Below, one piece after another: positions 17,841-25,019 of a stretch of 33,177 nt of DNA (position 1 is its first letter; each line of letters begins with the position of its first letter). The DNA lies in contig CAZPIF010000001.1 in the NCBI GenBank assembly GCA_964586565.1, positions 1 through 33,177 of the forward strand, read 5' to 3'. Source of the DNA: an uncultured bacterium (GTDB taxonomy: Bacteria > Fidelibacterota > Marinisomatia > Marinisomatales > UBA1611). A program made the translations under genes and the position numbers. A model generated the notes under the pieces. The model made no database searches. It saw only the letters and a program-made list of their open reading frames with translations, and was not told where the DNA came from.

Positions 17841-18296
17841 ATGTTATCAGAAGGCAATAAAGCACCAGATTTTCAGTTGTATGACCAAAATGGTAATCCA
17901 GTAACCTTAGGCGATTTTAAAGGAAAAAAAGTACTAGTTTGGTTTTTTCCTAAAGCTAGTACTCCAGGTTGAACAATTGAAGGTCAAGTACTCCGGGATG
18001 AGTACAAAAATTTTCAAGAGAAAAATACAGAAATAATTGGAATAAGTGGAGACTCAAGCAAAGCTCAAAAAAACTTTTGTGATAAACAGAATTTCCCCTT
18101 TTTATTGCTCTCCGATCCAGAAAAAATAACTATAAAAGCTTACGGCGCATTTGGTCCAAAAAAATTCATGGGTAAAGAGTACGAGGGTATCTATCGTGTC
18201 TCTTATTTGATTGATGAAGATGGCGTAATTGAGAAGGTTTATAAGAAGGTTAAACCAAAAGAACATGCTGCACAAGTTCTATCAAACATAGTTTAA
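17841..18296 (+). CDS. bcp: BCP/PrxQ-type peroxiredoxin with in-frame TGA (17970-17972) at the peroxidatic-Cys position: candidate selenocysteine-containing peroxiredoxin (151 aa)
   Basis: Manual translation from ATG 17841 (GGAG at 17831-17834) gives MLSEGNKAPDFQLYDQNGNPVTLGDFKGKKVLVWFFPKASTPG[TGA]TIEGQVLRDEY...LLLSDPEKITIKAYGAF.... It continues in frame into the track ORF 18105..18296. The stretch is collinear with E. coli Bcp ...[23 protein letters not shown]..., so the TGA replaces exactly the catalytic Cys codon. Confidence 0.8.
17977..18017 (+). promoter_or_regulatory. Candidate bacterial SECIS-like stem-loop downstream of the in-frame UGA
   Basis: Upper stem GUACUC (17988-17993) pairs with GAGUAC (18000-18005), enclosing the 6-nt loop CGGGAU. 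Lower stem UUGAA (17977-17981) pairs with UUCAA (18013-18017) across an internal loop. The apical loop begins 21 nt after the UGA and has G at its second position. All of this was read by hand. Confidence 0.55.
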
Positions 18297-19216
18297 AAAG
18301 ATATATTCAAGCTATTACCGATAAAAGATTTCTCATTAATTGAAGCATCCAGATATCCTAACATTACAGAATGTCCTTTGATTTTTATAGAGTCAGAACC
18401 AAGGCTATATTCCGTTAAGTGTATAGGTTTTTTACCGATTGATAGTGCGGCAGAGTTTTCTATACATATAGCAATATCATTTTCATTGAACATATCTATC
18501 TTTTTTAAATCTAATCTAATGTTATAGTCATTCCCTGATAATCCAATAGTTAAATCTGGTTCTATACTATCATAGACGCATCCGCAGTATATTGGAAGTA
18601 TGGCTTTAAACACCACCCAGTATGTTGTACCGTATAAAACATCACAGTGAATGTGAGTTCGGCTTTTTATTCCAATCGCTTTTTGTATTCCACTAGCATT
18701 TATTAATAGATTGTAGTGAGACAACCTGATACCATGGCTCTTCTCAAAAGACAGTACTGCTTCATCATAAAGTAAAGGTTTGTATTTTGGCTCAAAACTT
18801 TTTGAATATTTTTTTATTTTATTAAATAGATTTGTGGTAGAAGTGATTAGGTCTTTGGCATCAGATTTTTTCTTAATTTCGTCAAAATTTATTTTTGCAG
18901 GTAAAACTACAGAGGCACCTATATTCCATATCCCATATAACAGAATCTCTGATTGAGGATATTTAAGATTTGGCATAATTATTCTATCTTTTGGTTTTAA
19001 ACCTAAGCTTTCTAACCAATTACTTGTTTGTTGGACATAGCAAAAAAATCTTCGATTGGTAATATTTTTTTCCTGTATAATAAGCTGATCGGAAAATTTA
19101 ATAGTTTGTCCTTCAACAAGGGATCTCATTGAAGGATATGGTGTCATATATTCGATAGGTTCAACATTTCCTATACACTGCGCATTATATATCTTTTTTT
19201 CTAGCTTTGTATTCAC
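18293..19216 (-). CDS. Truncated/degenerate adenylate-forming (AMP-binding, acyl-CoA-synthetase-like) family protein
   Basis: GLKPKDRIIMPNLKYPQSEILLYGIWNIGASVVLP resembles the N-terminal ANL-family block. DEAVLSFEKSHGIRLSHYNL sits where D.A.I.YTSGTTG.PKGV.LSH.NL is expected, so the P-loop is lost. IKIKGHSVMLGYLD resembles GE..v.G..vM.GY. At 307 aa it lacks the C-terminal subdomain. The GTG start is uncertain (in-frame ATGs at codons 24 and 30). Confidence 0.55.
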   Translation of the reverse strand: MNTKLEKKIYNAQCIGNVEPIEYMTPYPSMRSLVEGQTIKFSDQLIIQEKNITNRRFFCYVQQTSNWLESLGLKPKDRIIMPNLKYPQSEILLYGIWNIGASVVLPAKINFDEIKKKSDAKDLITSTTNLFNKIKKYSKSFEPKYKPLLYDEAVLSFEKSHGIRLSHYNLLINASGIQKAIGIKSRTHIHCDVLYGTTYWVVFKAILPIYCGCVYDSIEPDLTIGLSGNDYNIRLDLKKIDMFNENDIAICIENSAALSIGKKPIHLTEYSLGSDSIKIKGHSVMLGYLDASINEKSFIGNSLNISF

Positions 19217-19226
19217 GGGTAAAAAT

Positions 19227-19273
19227 ATAGATATTGTTATAGAATAGATAGCAGACGTTATATAACAATCTAT
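19227..19273 (-). terminator. Possible intrinsic terminator/hairpin after the homogentisate operon
   Basis: A 9-bp stem ATTGTTATA/TATAACAAT plus a 4-bp extension ATAG/CTAT (2-nt bulge) with a 19-nt loop. On the minus strand it is followed by ATTTTTA. The stem is almost entirely A/T and the loop is large, so it is weak. It abuts the putative GTG start at 19216. Confidence 0.3.
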
Positions 19274-19288
19274 TCAAAGGGTAATTTA

Positions 19289-19909
19289 TTATTTGGGTTT
19301 TATTTTTCGAATAATTTCAAAATTATCATTTGGTCTTGTATACCAATTACCAGCGAGTCTACCAATTGGTTCAAGTTTATCTAGTCGAATATGACCATTT
19401 TCATAAATAGAATCGTCAATATGAAAGAGTACTACCGTTCCAATTACAATAAAACCACTTCCCGGATTTTTATCACCTATCTCAACGATTTGGTTTAGTT
19501 CGCATTCAAAACTTACTTTGGATTCTTTCAATCTTGGAGGCAAAACCTTTTTGGATGTTTGAGCATTTAGTCCAGATATATCAAATTCATCTACATTTGG
19601 ATCAAAATCAGTAGCGCACATCACCATTTGTTCTACGATACTTTCAGAAACAATATTTACTACAAATTGTTTATTATCTCTTATATTGACTAGTGTGTCT
19701 TTTTCTTTACCATCCCATCCACGTCTAGCTGGAGCAAACATAATAGTTGGAGGCTTTGAGCATACTCCATTAAAGTAAGAAAATGGTGCAATATTATTTT
19801 TCCCATCTTTTGATATAGTTGATACAAACGCGATTGGACGAGGAACTATAGACCCGATCATCAATTTATGTACATCAGTAAAGGACAAATCGCCAGGGTC
19901 AAATTTCAT
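19289..19909 (-). CDS. Flavin reductase-like (FMN-binding split-barrel) domain protein
   Basis: Recognised as the flavin_reduct/DIM6-NTAB family by eye (LMIGSIVPRPIAFVST...GKNNIAPFSYFNGV...PP). ATGA start/stop overlap with hmgA. Confidence 0.8.
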   Translation of the reverse strand: MKFDPGDLSFTDVHKLMIGSIVPRPIAFVSTISKDGKNNIAPFSYFNGVCSKPPTIMFAPARRGWDGKEKDTLVNIRDNKQFVVNIVSESIVEQMVMCATDFDPNVDEFDISGLNAQTSKKVLPPRLKESKVSFECELNQIVEIGDKNPGSGFIVIGTVVLFHIDDSIYENGHIRLDKLEPIGRLAGNWYTRPNDNFEIIRKIKPK

Positions 19910-21054
19910 TTAATAAACCATGAGAATGGATAATTTTCATCAGAGATCTGTATTGCTGACTTTGTAAGATTCAATTTTTCAAATGTATCAATCATAACCG
20001 CAAATTCATTTGTTTCTTTTTTGCCTATGGATTCTTCTATTTTACCAGGCTGTGGCCCATGTGGAAGCCCCATCGGGTGATAGGTTAAAGATTCCTTTTT
20101 AATTCCTTTTCGACTCATAAACTCGCCATCAACATAATAAATTACTTCATCTGAATCAACATTGCTGTGGGCGTATGGAGCAGGTATTGAATCGGGGTGA
20201 TAGTCAAATAATCGAGGAACAAAAGAGCAGATAACGAAGCCTTTGCTTTGAAAGGTTTGATGTACTGGCGGAGGCTGGTGAATTTTTCCTGTTATTGGCA
20301 TAAAATTATTTATATTGAATGAATATGGAAAGTAATAACCGTCCCATCCTAAAACATCAAATGGGTGGTGTTGATATGTATATGTTTGAAAACCGTTAGA
20401 TAGCTTGACTATAACATCGATTGATTTATTTTCGATTGGTGAAACAAGTTTTGGTGTGGTAATGTCACGCTCAGAAAATGGTGCATGCTCTAATAGCTGT
20501 CCAAAATTATTTCTATAACGTTCAGGTGTTTCAATTGGAGCTTTGGATTCAATAAAAAGTATTTTTAATTTATTTTTAACTACCATTTTCCAAATTACAC
20601 CTCTAGGTATTACAATATAATCACCTTCATTTATATCAATATCACCAAAATTTGATTGAAAATATCCACTCCCTTCATGTATAAAAAGAATTTCATCAGC
20701 GTATCCATTGCGATAAAGTAGATCCATTGAATGATTAACATGTGCTTTTGATATAATGAGATCATTATTATAAAAAAGTGGTACTCTTGCAGAAATACAA
20801 TCACCTTTGGATTTTATTTTTGATGAATCAAGATGCAAAGGTTTATGTTTATCATTTACTGGAAGTAATTCATAATTATCTATTTCACCTATAGTTTTGA
20901 TAGAGGTCGGAGGGTTTATATGATAAATATTAGAGTAGATACTACTGAACCCTCCACGGCTAACTAACTCTTCCCAAATTAGTTCACCTTTTTTACTTCT
21001 AAACTGAGTGTGTTTTTTAAAAGGTATTTCACCTTGTTTTTGATAAAATGGCAT
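19906..21054 (-). CDS. hmgA: Homogentisate 1,2-dioxygenase
   Basis: 382 aa. The N-terminus YQKQGEIPFKKHTQF and the cupin core with a conserved His/Glu region (HSNVDSDEVIYYVDGEFMSR...YHPMGLPHGP) are typical of short bacterial HGDs. Its context with hppD and FAH supports the call. TGA stop. Confidence 0.88.
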   Translation of the reverse strand: MPFYQKQGEIPFKKHTQFRSKKGELIWEELVSRGGFSSIYSNIYHINPPTSIKTIGEIDNYELLPVNDKHKPLHLDSSKIKSKGDCISARVPLFYNNDLIISKAHVNHSMDLLYRNGYADEILFIHEGSGYFQSNFGDIDINEGDYIVIPRGVIWKMVVKNKLKILFIESKAPIETPERYRNNFGQLLEHAPFSERDITTPKLVSPIENKSIDVIVKLSNGFQTYTYQHHPFDVLGWDGYYFPYSFNINNFMPITGKIHQPPPVHQTFQSKGFVICSFVPRLFDYHPDSIPAPYAHSNVDSDEVIYYVDGEFMSRKGIKKESLTYHPMGLPHGPQPGKIEESIGKKETNEFAVMIDTFEKLNLTKSAIQISDENYPFSWFIK

Positions 21055-21060
21055 GGTTGA

Positions 21061-22047
21061 TTATACTATTTTATTTTCTAAAACACCGAGATGTTCTACT
21101 TCAAGTCTGATAATATCTCCTTTTTTAATCCACCCATTAGTATTCTCAGGTCTTAGTTCGAGAATACAACCTGTACCAACAGTTCCTGAGCCCAAATAAT
21201 CACCTGATTTTAGTTCTGTATTCATTGAAGCGCGTTCTATCATTTTTTCAAATGGATGATATAAATCATTTGTATTACCATCGGAAATTAATTCACCGTT
21301 TATATGGCATGTCATGCGAAGGTGCAATTTATTATTTTTATCCATTGAGTTTTCAAGTTCATCTGGAGTTACCATATACGGGCCAAAGCTGGTTGCAAAA
21401 TCTTTTCCCTTTGCTGGTCCAAGACTCATTGCCATCTCCTCTCTCTGAAGATCTCTTGCTGACCAATCATTACATATGGTATAACCTGCTATATAATCGC
21501 CTGCATTTGCAGCAGAAATATTAGAACCACCATTTGCAATTATTATTGCAAACTCAAGTTCAAAATCTAATTCTTTTGTTCCAGTTGGATATGAAATATT
21601 TGATTGATGTCCAAAAATAGCAACTGGATTAGAAAAGTAAAATATAGGGATTTTAAACCAATCTGGATGCATTTCAAGACCACGAAGTTTCCTGGCAGAA
21701 CGAACATGCTGTTCAAAAGCATAAAAGTCTCTAAAAGACTGAGGGTTTGGTACTGGAGCCATTAGCTCTATCTCTGATTCTAGTTTAGCAATATGTTTTC
21801 CGTTTTCAGTCTTTTCATAAAGATTATCATTAGATACAGAAGCTTCTAGTCTCTTTATCTTTTCAAAATTTAATTTCCAGTTATGAAGTGCCAATTTTAA
21901 CGATGATGGAATTTCTATTGCAGAAGCATCCCCATGTTTTTCATCTAACCATTTTGCACAGTTCTTGATATCAATAATATGATTAAACTTTTTAAAACCA
22001 AACCTTGGTGTTTGTTCTCCTTTATATTTGTAGGTGGCGAGTTTCAT
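21061..22047 (-). CDS. Fumarylacetoacetate hydrolase (FAH) family protein, short COG0179-type
   Basis: FAH-fold C-terminal block (ELEFAIII...DYIAGYTICNDWSARDLQ...GPAKGKDFATSFGPY...SGDYLGSGTVG). It is positioned between hppD and hmgA. At 328 aa it is shorter than canonical ~420-430-aa fumarylacetoacetases. Confidence 0.85.
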   Translation of the reverse strand: MKLATYKYKGEQTPRFGFKKFNHIIDIKNCAKWLDEKHGDASAIEIPSSLKLALHNWKLNFEKIKRLEASVSNDNLYEKTENGKHIAKLESEIELMAPVPNPQSFRDFYAFEQHVRSARKLRGLEMHPDWFKIPIFYFSNPVAIFGHQSNISYPTGTKELDFELEFAIIIANGGSNISAANAGDYIAGYTICNDWSARDLQREEMAMSLGPAKGKDFATSFGPYMVTPDELENSMDKNNKLHLRMTCHINGELISDGNTNDLYHPFEKMIERASMNTELKSGDYLGSGTVGTGCILELRPENTNGWIKKGDIIRLEVEHLGVLENKIV

Positions 22048-23130
22048 TTAAAGATTCCCTCTTTTTTCTTGTTCTCTTTCTATTGATTGAAATAGTGCTT
22101 TGAAATTACCTTTTCCAAAACTGTTTGACCCCTTTCTTTGTATTATTTCAAAAAAAAGCGTAGGTCTATCTTGCAATGGTTTAGTAAATATTTGCAGCAT
22201 ATAACCATTTTCATCATTATCTACCAGGATACCCAATTCTTTTAATTTATCGATATCTTCGTTTATTTCTCCAACTCTACTAGTGAGGTTATCGTAATAG
22301 GAATCTGGAGTTGGTAGAAATTCAACTCCATTCTTTCTCATTATTTCAACAGAAGTAATGATATCCTTTGTTGACAAAGCTAAGTGCTGAATACCTGCGG
22401 CTGAATAATAATCAATAAACTCTTGTATTTGGGATTTTTTTATACCATCAGCAGGTTCATTTATGGGCATTTTTATTATTTCATTTTCATTTGCCATAAC
22501 TATCGAACGCAGGGAGGAGTATTCTGTAGTAATATCATTATCATCAACTGTCCAAAATCGATGCCATCCGAAAACTTTTTCATAAAAATCACAGACAGGT
22601 TGCATCTCGCCCTCTGCCTGATTTCCAACTACATGGTCTATATGAATTAAGCCAATTAATTCTGAATCAAGATTTGATTTTTTCCCCTTATAGCCAGGTA
22701 AAAAAGTCCCGTTATAATTATTACGTTCGATAAATGTGTGAACTGTATCTCCAAATGTTTGAATTGAAGAAACGATTGCTTCACCATCCTCATCTTTGAT
22801 TTGAGTTGGTTTTTTTGCGCTTTTAGCACCACGTTCCAAAGATAATTTCCAAGCTTCTTCAGCATCATTGACCGTAAAAGCAACATCTTTTATTCCGTCA
22901 CCATGTTTGTCAATATGGCTACCTATTTTTGTATTCATTTCTAGTGGTGATGTAACAACTAAAAAAATCTTACCTTGATTGAGAACATAACTAACCCTAT
23001 CTCTAGAACCGGTTTCAAGACCACGATAGGCAATAGTTTTGAATCCCATTGTTTTATTATAAAAGTATGCGGTCTGTTTGGCATTGCCAACATATAGTTC
23101 ACAATGGTTAAAACCTTTTATTGAATACAT
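22048..23130 (-). CDS. hppD: 4-hydroxyphenylpyruvate dioxygenase
   Basis: Two VOC/glyoxalase-fold halves (FNHCELYVGNAKQTAYFY...; IDHVVGN...GIQHLAL...) and the C-terminal FFEIIQRKG....FGKGNFKALFESIE-type tail, which is diagnostic of HPPD. Confidence 0.95.
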   Translation of the reverse strand: MYSIKGFNHCELYVGNAKQTAYFYNKTMGFKTIAYRGLETGSRDRVSYVLNQGKIFLVVTSPLEMNTKIGSHIDKHGDGIKDVAFTVNDAEEAWKLSLERGAKSAKKPTQIKDEDGEAIVSSIQTFGDTVHTFIERNNYNGTFLPGYKGKKSNLDSELIGLIHIDHVVGNQAEGEMQPVCDFYEKVFGWHRFWTVDDNDITTEYSSLRSIVMANENEIIKMPINEPADGIKKSQIQEFIDYYSAAGIQHLALSTKDIITSVEIMRKNGVEFLPTPDSYYDNLTSRVGEINEDIDKLKELGILVDNDENGYMLQIFTKPLQDRPTLFFEIIQRKGSNSFGKGNFKALFQSIEREQEKRGNL

Positions 23131-23137
23131 CGATTTT

Positions 23138-24241
23138 TCACAATATTTTTTTTAGAGTTTTTATGAAGGTTTTATTTTCATAATCTGTTCCTACAGATAT
23201 TCGAATACAATTTGGCCACCCAAATGAAGAAAGTTCTCTTACTATAATACCATATTTTAGTAGAGTATTTGAGATTCGGGAAGCTATTTCTTCAAATTCC
23301 CAAATAGTTGTAACAAAATTGGTGGCTGAGGATATATGCTTGATACCTAATTTATCAAATTCTTCAATAAAATATTGTATTCCTTTTTTGTTTAAGTTAA
23401 CTGTTTCGATTAAAAATTTGTTATCATCTAGAGCTGCCACTCCTGCAACCTGCGCTAGCAGTGAAGGTTCAAAAGGAACTTTAACTTTTAATAAATTTGT
23501 TATAAGGTCTTCGTGAGCAAAACCATATCCAATTCTCACACCACCTAGACCATATGCTTTAGAAAAGCTCCGCAGAGTAATTACATTATCGTATCTATAG
23601 TGCATTGAATCAGGATAATCAGAAAGACTGTTTGCAAATTCAAAGTATGCTTCATCTAATATAATTAATACTCTTTCTGGAATATATGAATAAAATTCAT
23701 CAAACTCTTTTTTTGTAATATATGTACCCATTGGATTATCAGGATTAGCTATATAGATTATTTTTGTATAATCTGTTATCTTATTGGCCATTTTTTCTAA
23801 GTCATATCGATGTTTTTTCATAGGAACCCAGTGAGTCCTTCGACCTGAAGAATTCGCTAAAACGCGAAAACCAATAAAAGAATTTTTTGCACTAATCAAC
23901 TCATCATCGCTTAGAAGAAAAGTACGCATAATTGTTGACATTATACCCTCTGAACCAGAGCCTAAAACAACATTATCAATTTTTAAATTATATTTTTTAG
24001 CTAGCTTACTTCGAAGATAAAAACCAGATGCATCTGGATAACGATGAACATTTTTCATTGAATCTATAATTGCTTCAATAGCCTTAGGGGAAGCTCCTCT
24101 GGGGTTTTCGTTTGAAGCTAGTTTAATAATATTTTTTATTCCAGATTCTCTCTGGGCTTCATCTATTGGCTTTCCAGGTATGTAATTTTTTAACTTCTTA
24201 ATATATGGAGGTACTAAAGGCATATATATATCTAATTGCAT
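23138..24241 (-). CDS. Class-II PLP aminotransferase (HisC-like; probable aromatic/tyrosine aminotransferase by context)
   Basis: PLP-lysine block RSFSKAYGLGGVRIGYG and NPNNP-like ANPDNPMGT. It is the first gene of the hppD-FAH-hmgA operon. TGA stop. Confidence 0.85.
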   Translation of the reverse strand: MQLDIYMPLVPPYIKKLKNYIPGKPIDEAQRESGIKNIIKLASNENPRGASPKAIEAIIDSMKNVHRYPDASGFYLRSKLAKKYNLKIDNVVLGSGSEGIMSTIMRTFLLSDDELISAKNSFIGFRVLANSSGRRTHWVPMKKHRYDLEKMANKITDYTKIIYIANPDNPMGTYITKKEFDEFYSYIPERVLIILDEAYFEFANSLSDYPDSMHYRYDNVITLRSFSKAYGLGGVRIGYGFAHEDLITNLLKVKVPFEPSLLAQVAGVAALDDNKFLIETVNLNKKGIQYFIEEFDKLGIKHISSATNFVTTIWEFEEIASRISNTLLKYGIIVRELSSFGWPNCIRISVGTDYENKTFIKTLKKIL

Positions 24242-24305
24242 AGAAATTTACAAATAATTTTGTATTAACAGATGACAGATAAATAACTTAAACTTAGGAT
24301 ATATA

Positions 24306-25019
24306 ATGAATATTGATGGACCCTTAATATCTGCAACTTTCATTGAAAGGCCTAATCGTTTTATTACTCTAATAAGGCTTAATGAAGAAGTACATAGTAG
24401 CCACTTACCTGATCCTGGAAGACTTAAAGAATTACTTATCCCTGGTGCAAAATTATTAGTAAGACCTGTAAAATCTGCAAAACGAAAAACATCATATACA
24501 ACAGTAATGGTTAATCATAATGGAAGGTTGATTTCATTGGTTTCAACTCTTCCTAATACATTTGTAAAACATGCATTAGAAAATGATAATATTCCTATAT
24601 TTAAAACATACAAATTAGTAAGGCCAGAAGTAAAAGTAGATCGACATAGATTTGATTTTCTACTTTGTGATCATAATAACAACAATTTTTATTTAGAGGT
24701 TAAATCTGTTACTTTTGTAAAAAATAAAATTGCAAAATTTCCTGATGCAGTCACAAAAAGAGGCATGAGTCATGCAATGGCATTAGGGAAAATAGTAGAG
24801 GAAGGAGGGCACGCTGGTATATTATTTGTTTGTCAAAGACCAGATGCAAATTCATTCCAGCCAATGTGGAAAAGAGACCCGCAATTTTCAAAGGCTTTAT
24901 TACATGCGCATCAAGTAGGCGTTAAAGTGTGGTGTATCACATTAAATATTTCAAAAACAAAAATTACCTATAAAAAAGAGATTCCAATAAATTTTAAAAA
25001 AGATAAATCATATTATTAA
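24306..25019 (+). CDS. sfsA: Sugar fermentation stimulation protein SfsA (nuclease-fold DNA-binding protein)
   Basis: The N-terminus F(I/L)ERPNRFI..., HLPDPGRLKELL and VEVKSVT motifs are typical of SfsA. 237 aa. Confidence 0.9.
   Translation: MNIDGPLISATFIERPNRFITLIRLNEEVHSSHLPDPGRLKELLIPGAKLLVRPVKSAKRKTSYTTVMVNHNGRLISLVSTLPNTFVKHALENDNIPIFKTYKLVRPEVKVDRHRFDFLLCDHNNNNFYLEVKSVTFVKNKIAKFPDAVTKRGMSHAMALGKIVEEGGHAGILFVCQRPDANSFQPMWKRDPQFSKALLHAHQVGVKVWCITLNISKTKITYKKEIPINFKKDKSYY

Noticed and set aside
17970-17972. Alternative genetic code (TGA read as Trp or Gly, as in code 4 or 25) as the explanation for the in-frame TGA in bcp
   Set aside because: TGA clearly terminates well-delimited genes in this same window: the symporter at 2882-2884, hmgA at 19906-19908 and the aminotransferase at 23138-23140. 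The TGA in bcp also aligns with a Cys column, not a Trp or Gly column.
17841-18296. bcp as a simple nonsense-mutated pseudogene
   Set aside because: This is not fully excluded, but it is disfavoured. The stop falls exactly on the catalytic Cys codon, the 107 downstream codons remain open and BCP-like in AT-rich DNA, and a suitably spaced hairpin follows. The start also has a good SD. It needs the genome-wide Sec machinery check listed in the findings.
24249-24264. Inverted repeat TACAAATAATTTTGTA in the divergent aminotransferase/sfsA intergenic region as an operator for the tyrosine-catabolism operon
   Set aside because: The arms are only 6 bp and nearly all A/T, so chance occurrence is high at this composition. 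It is worth revisiting only if the motif recurs upstream of aromatic-catabolism genes genome-wide.
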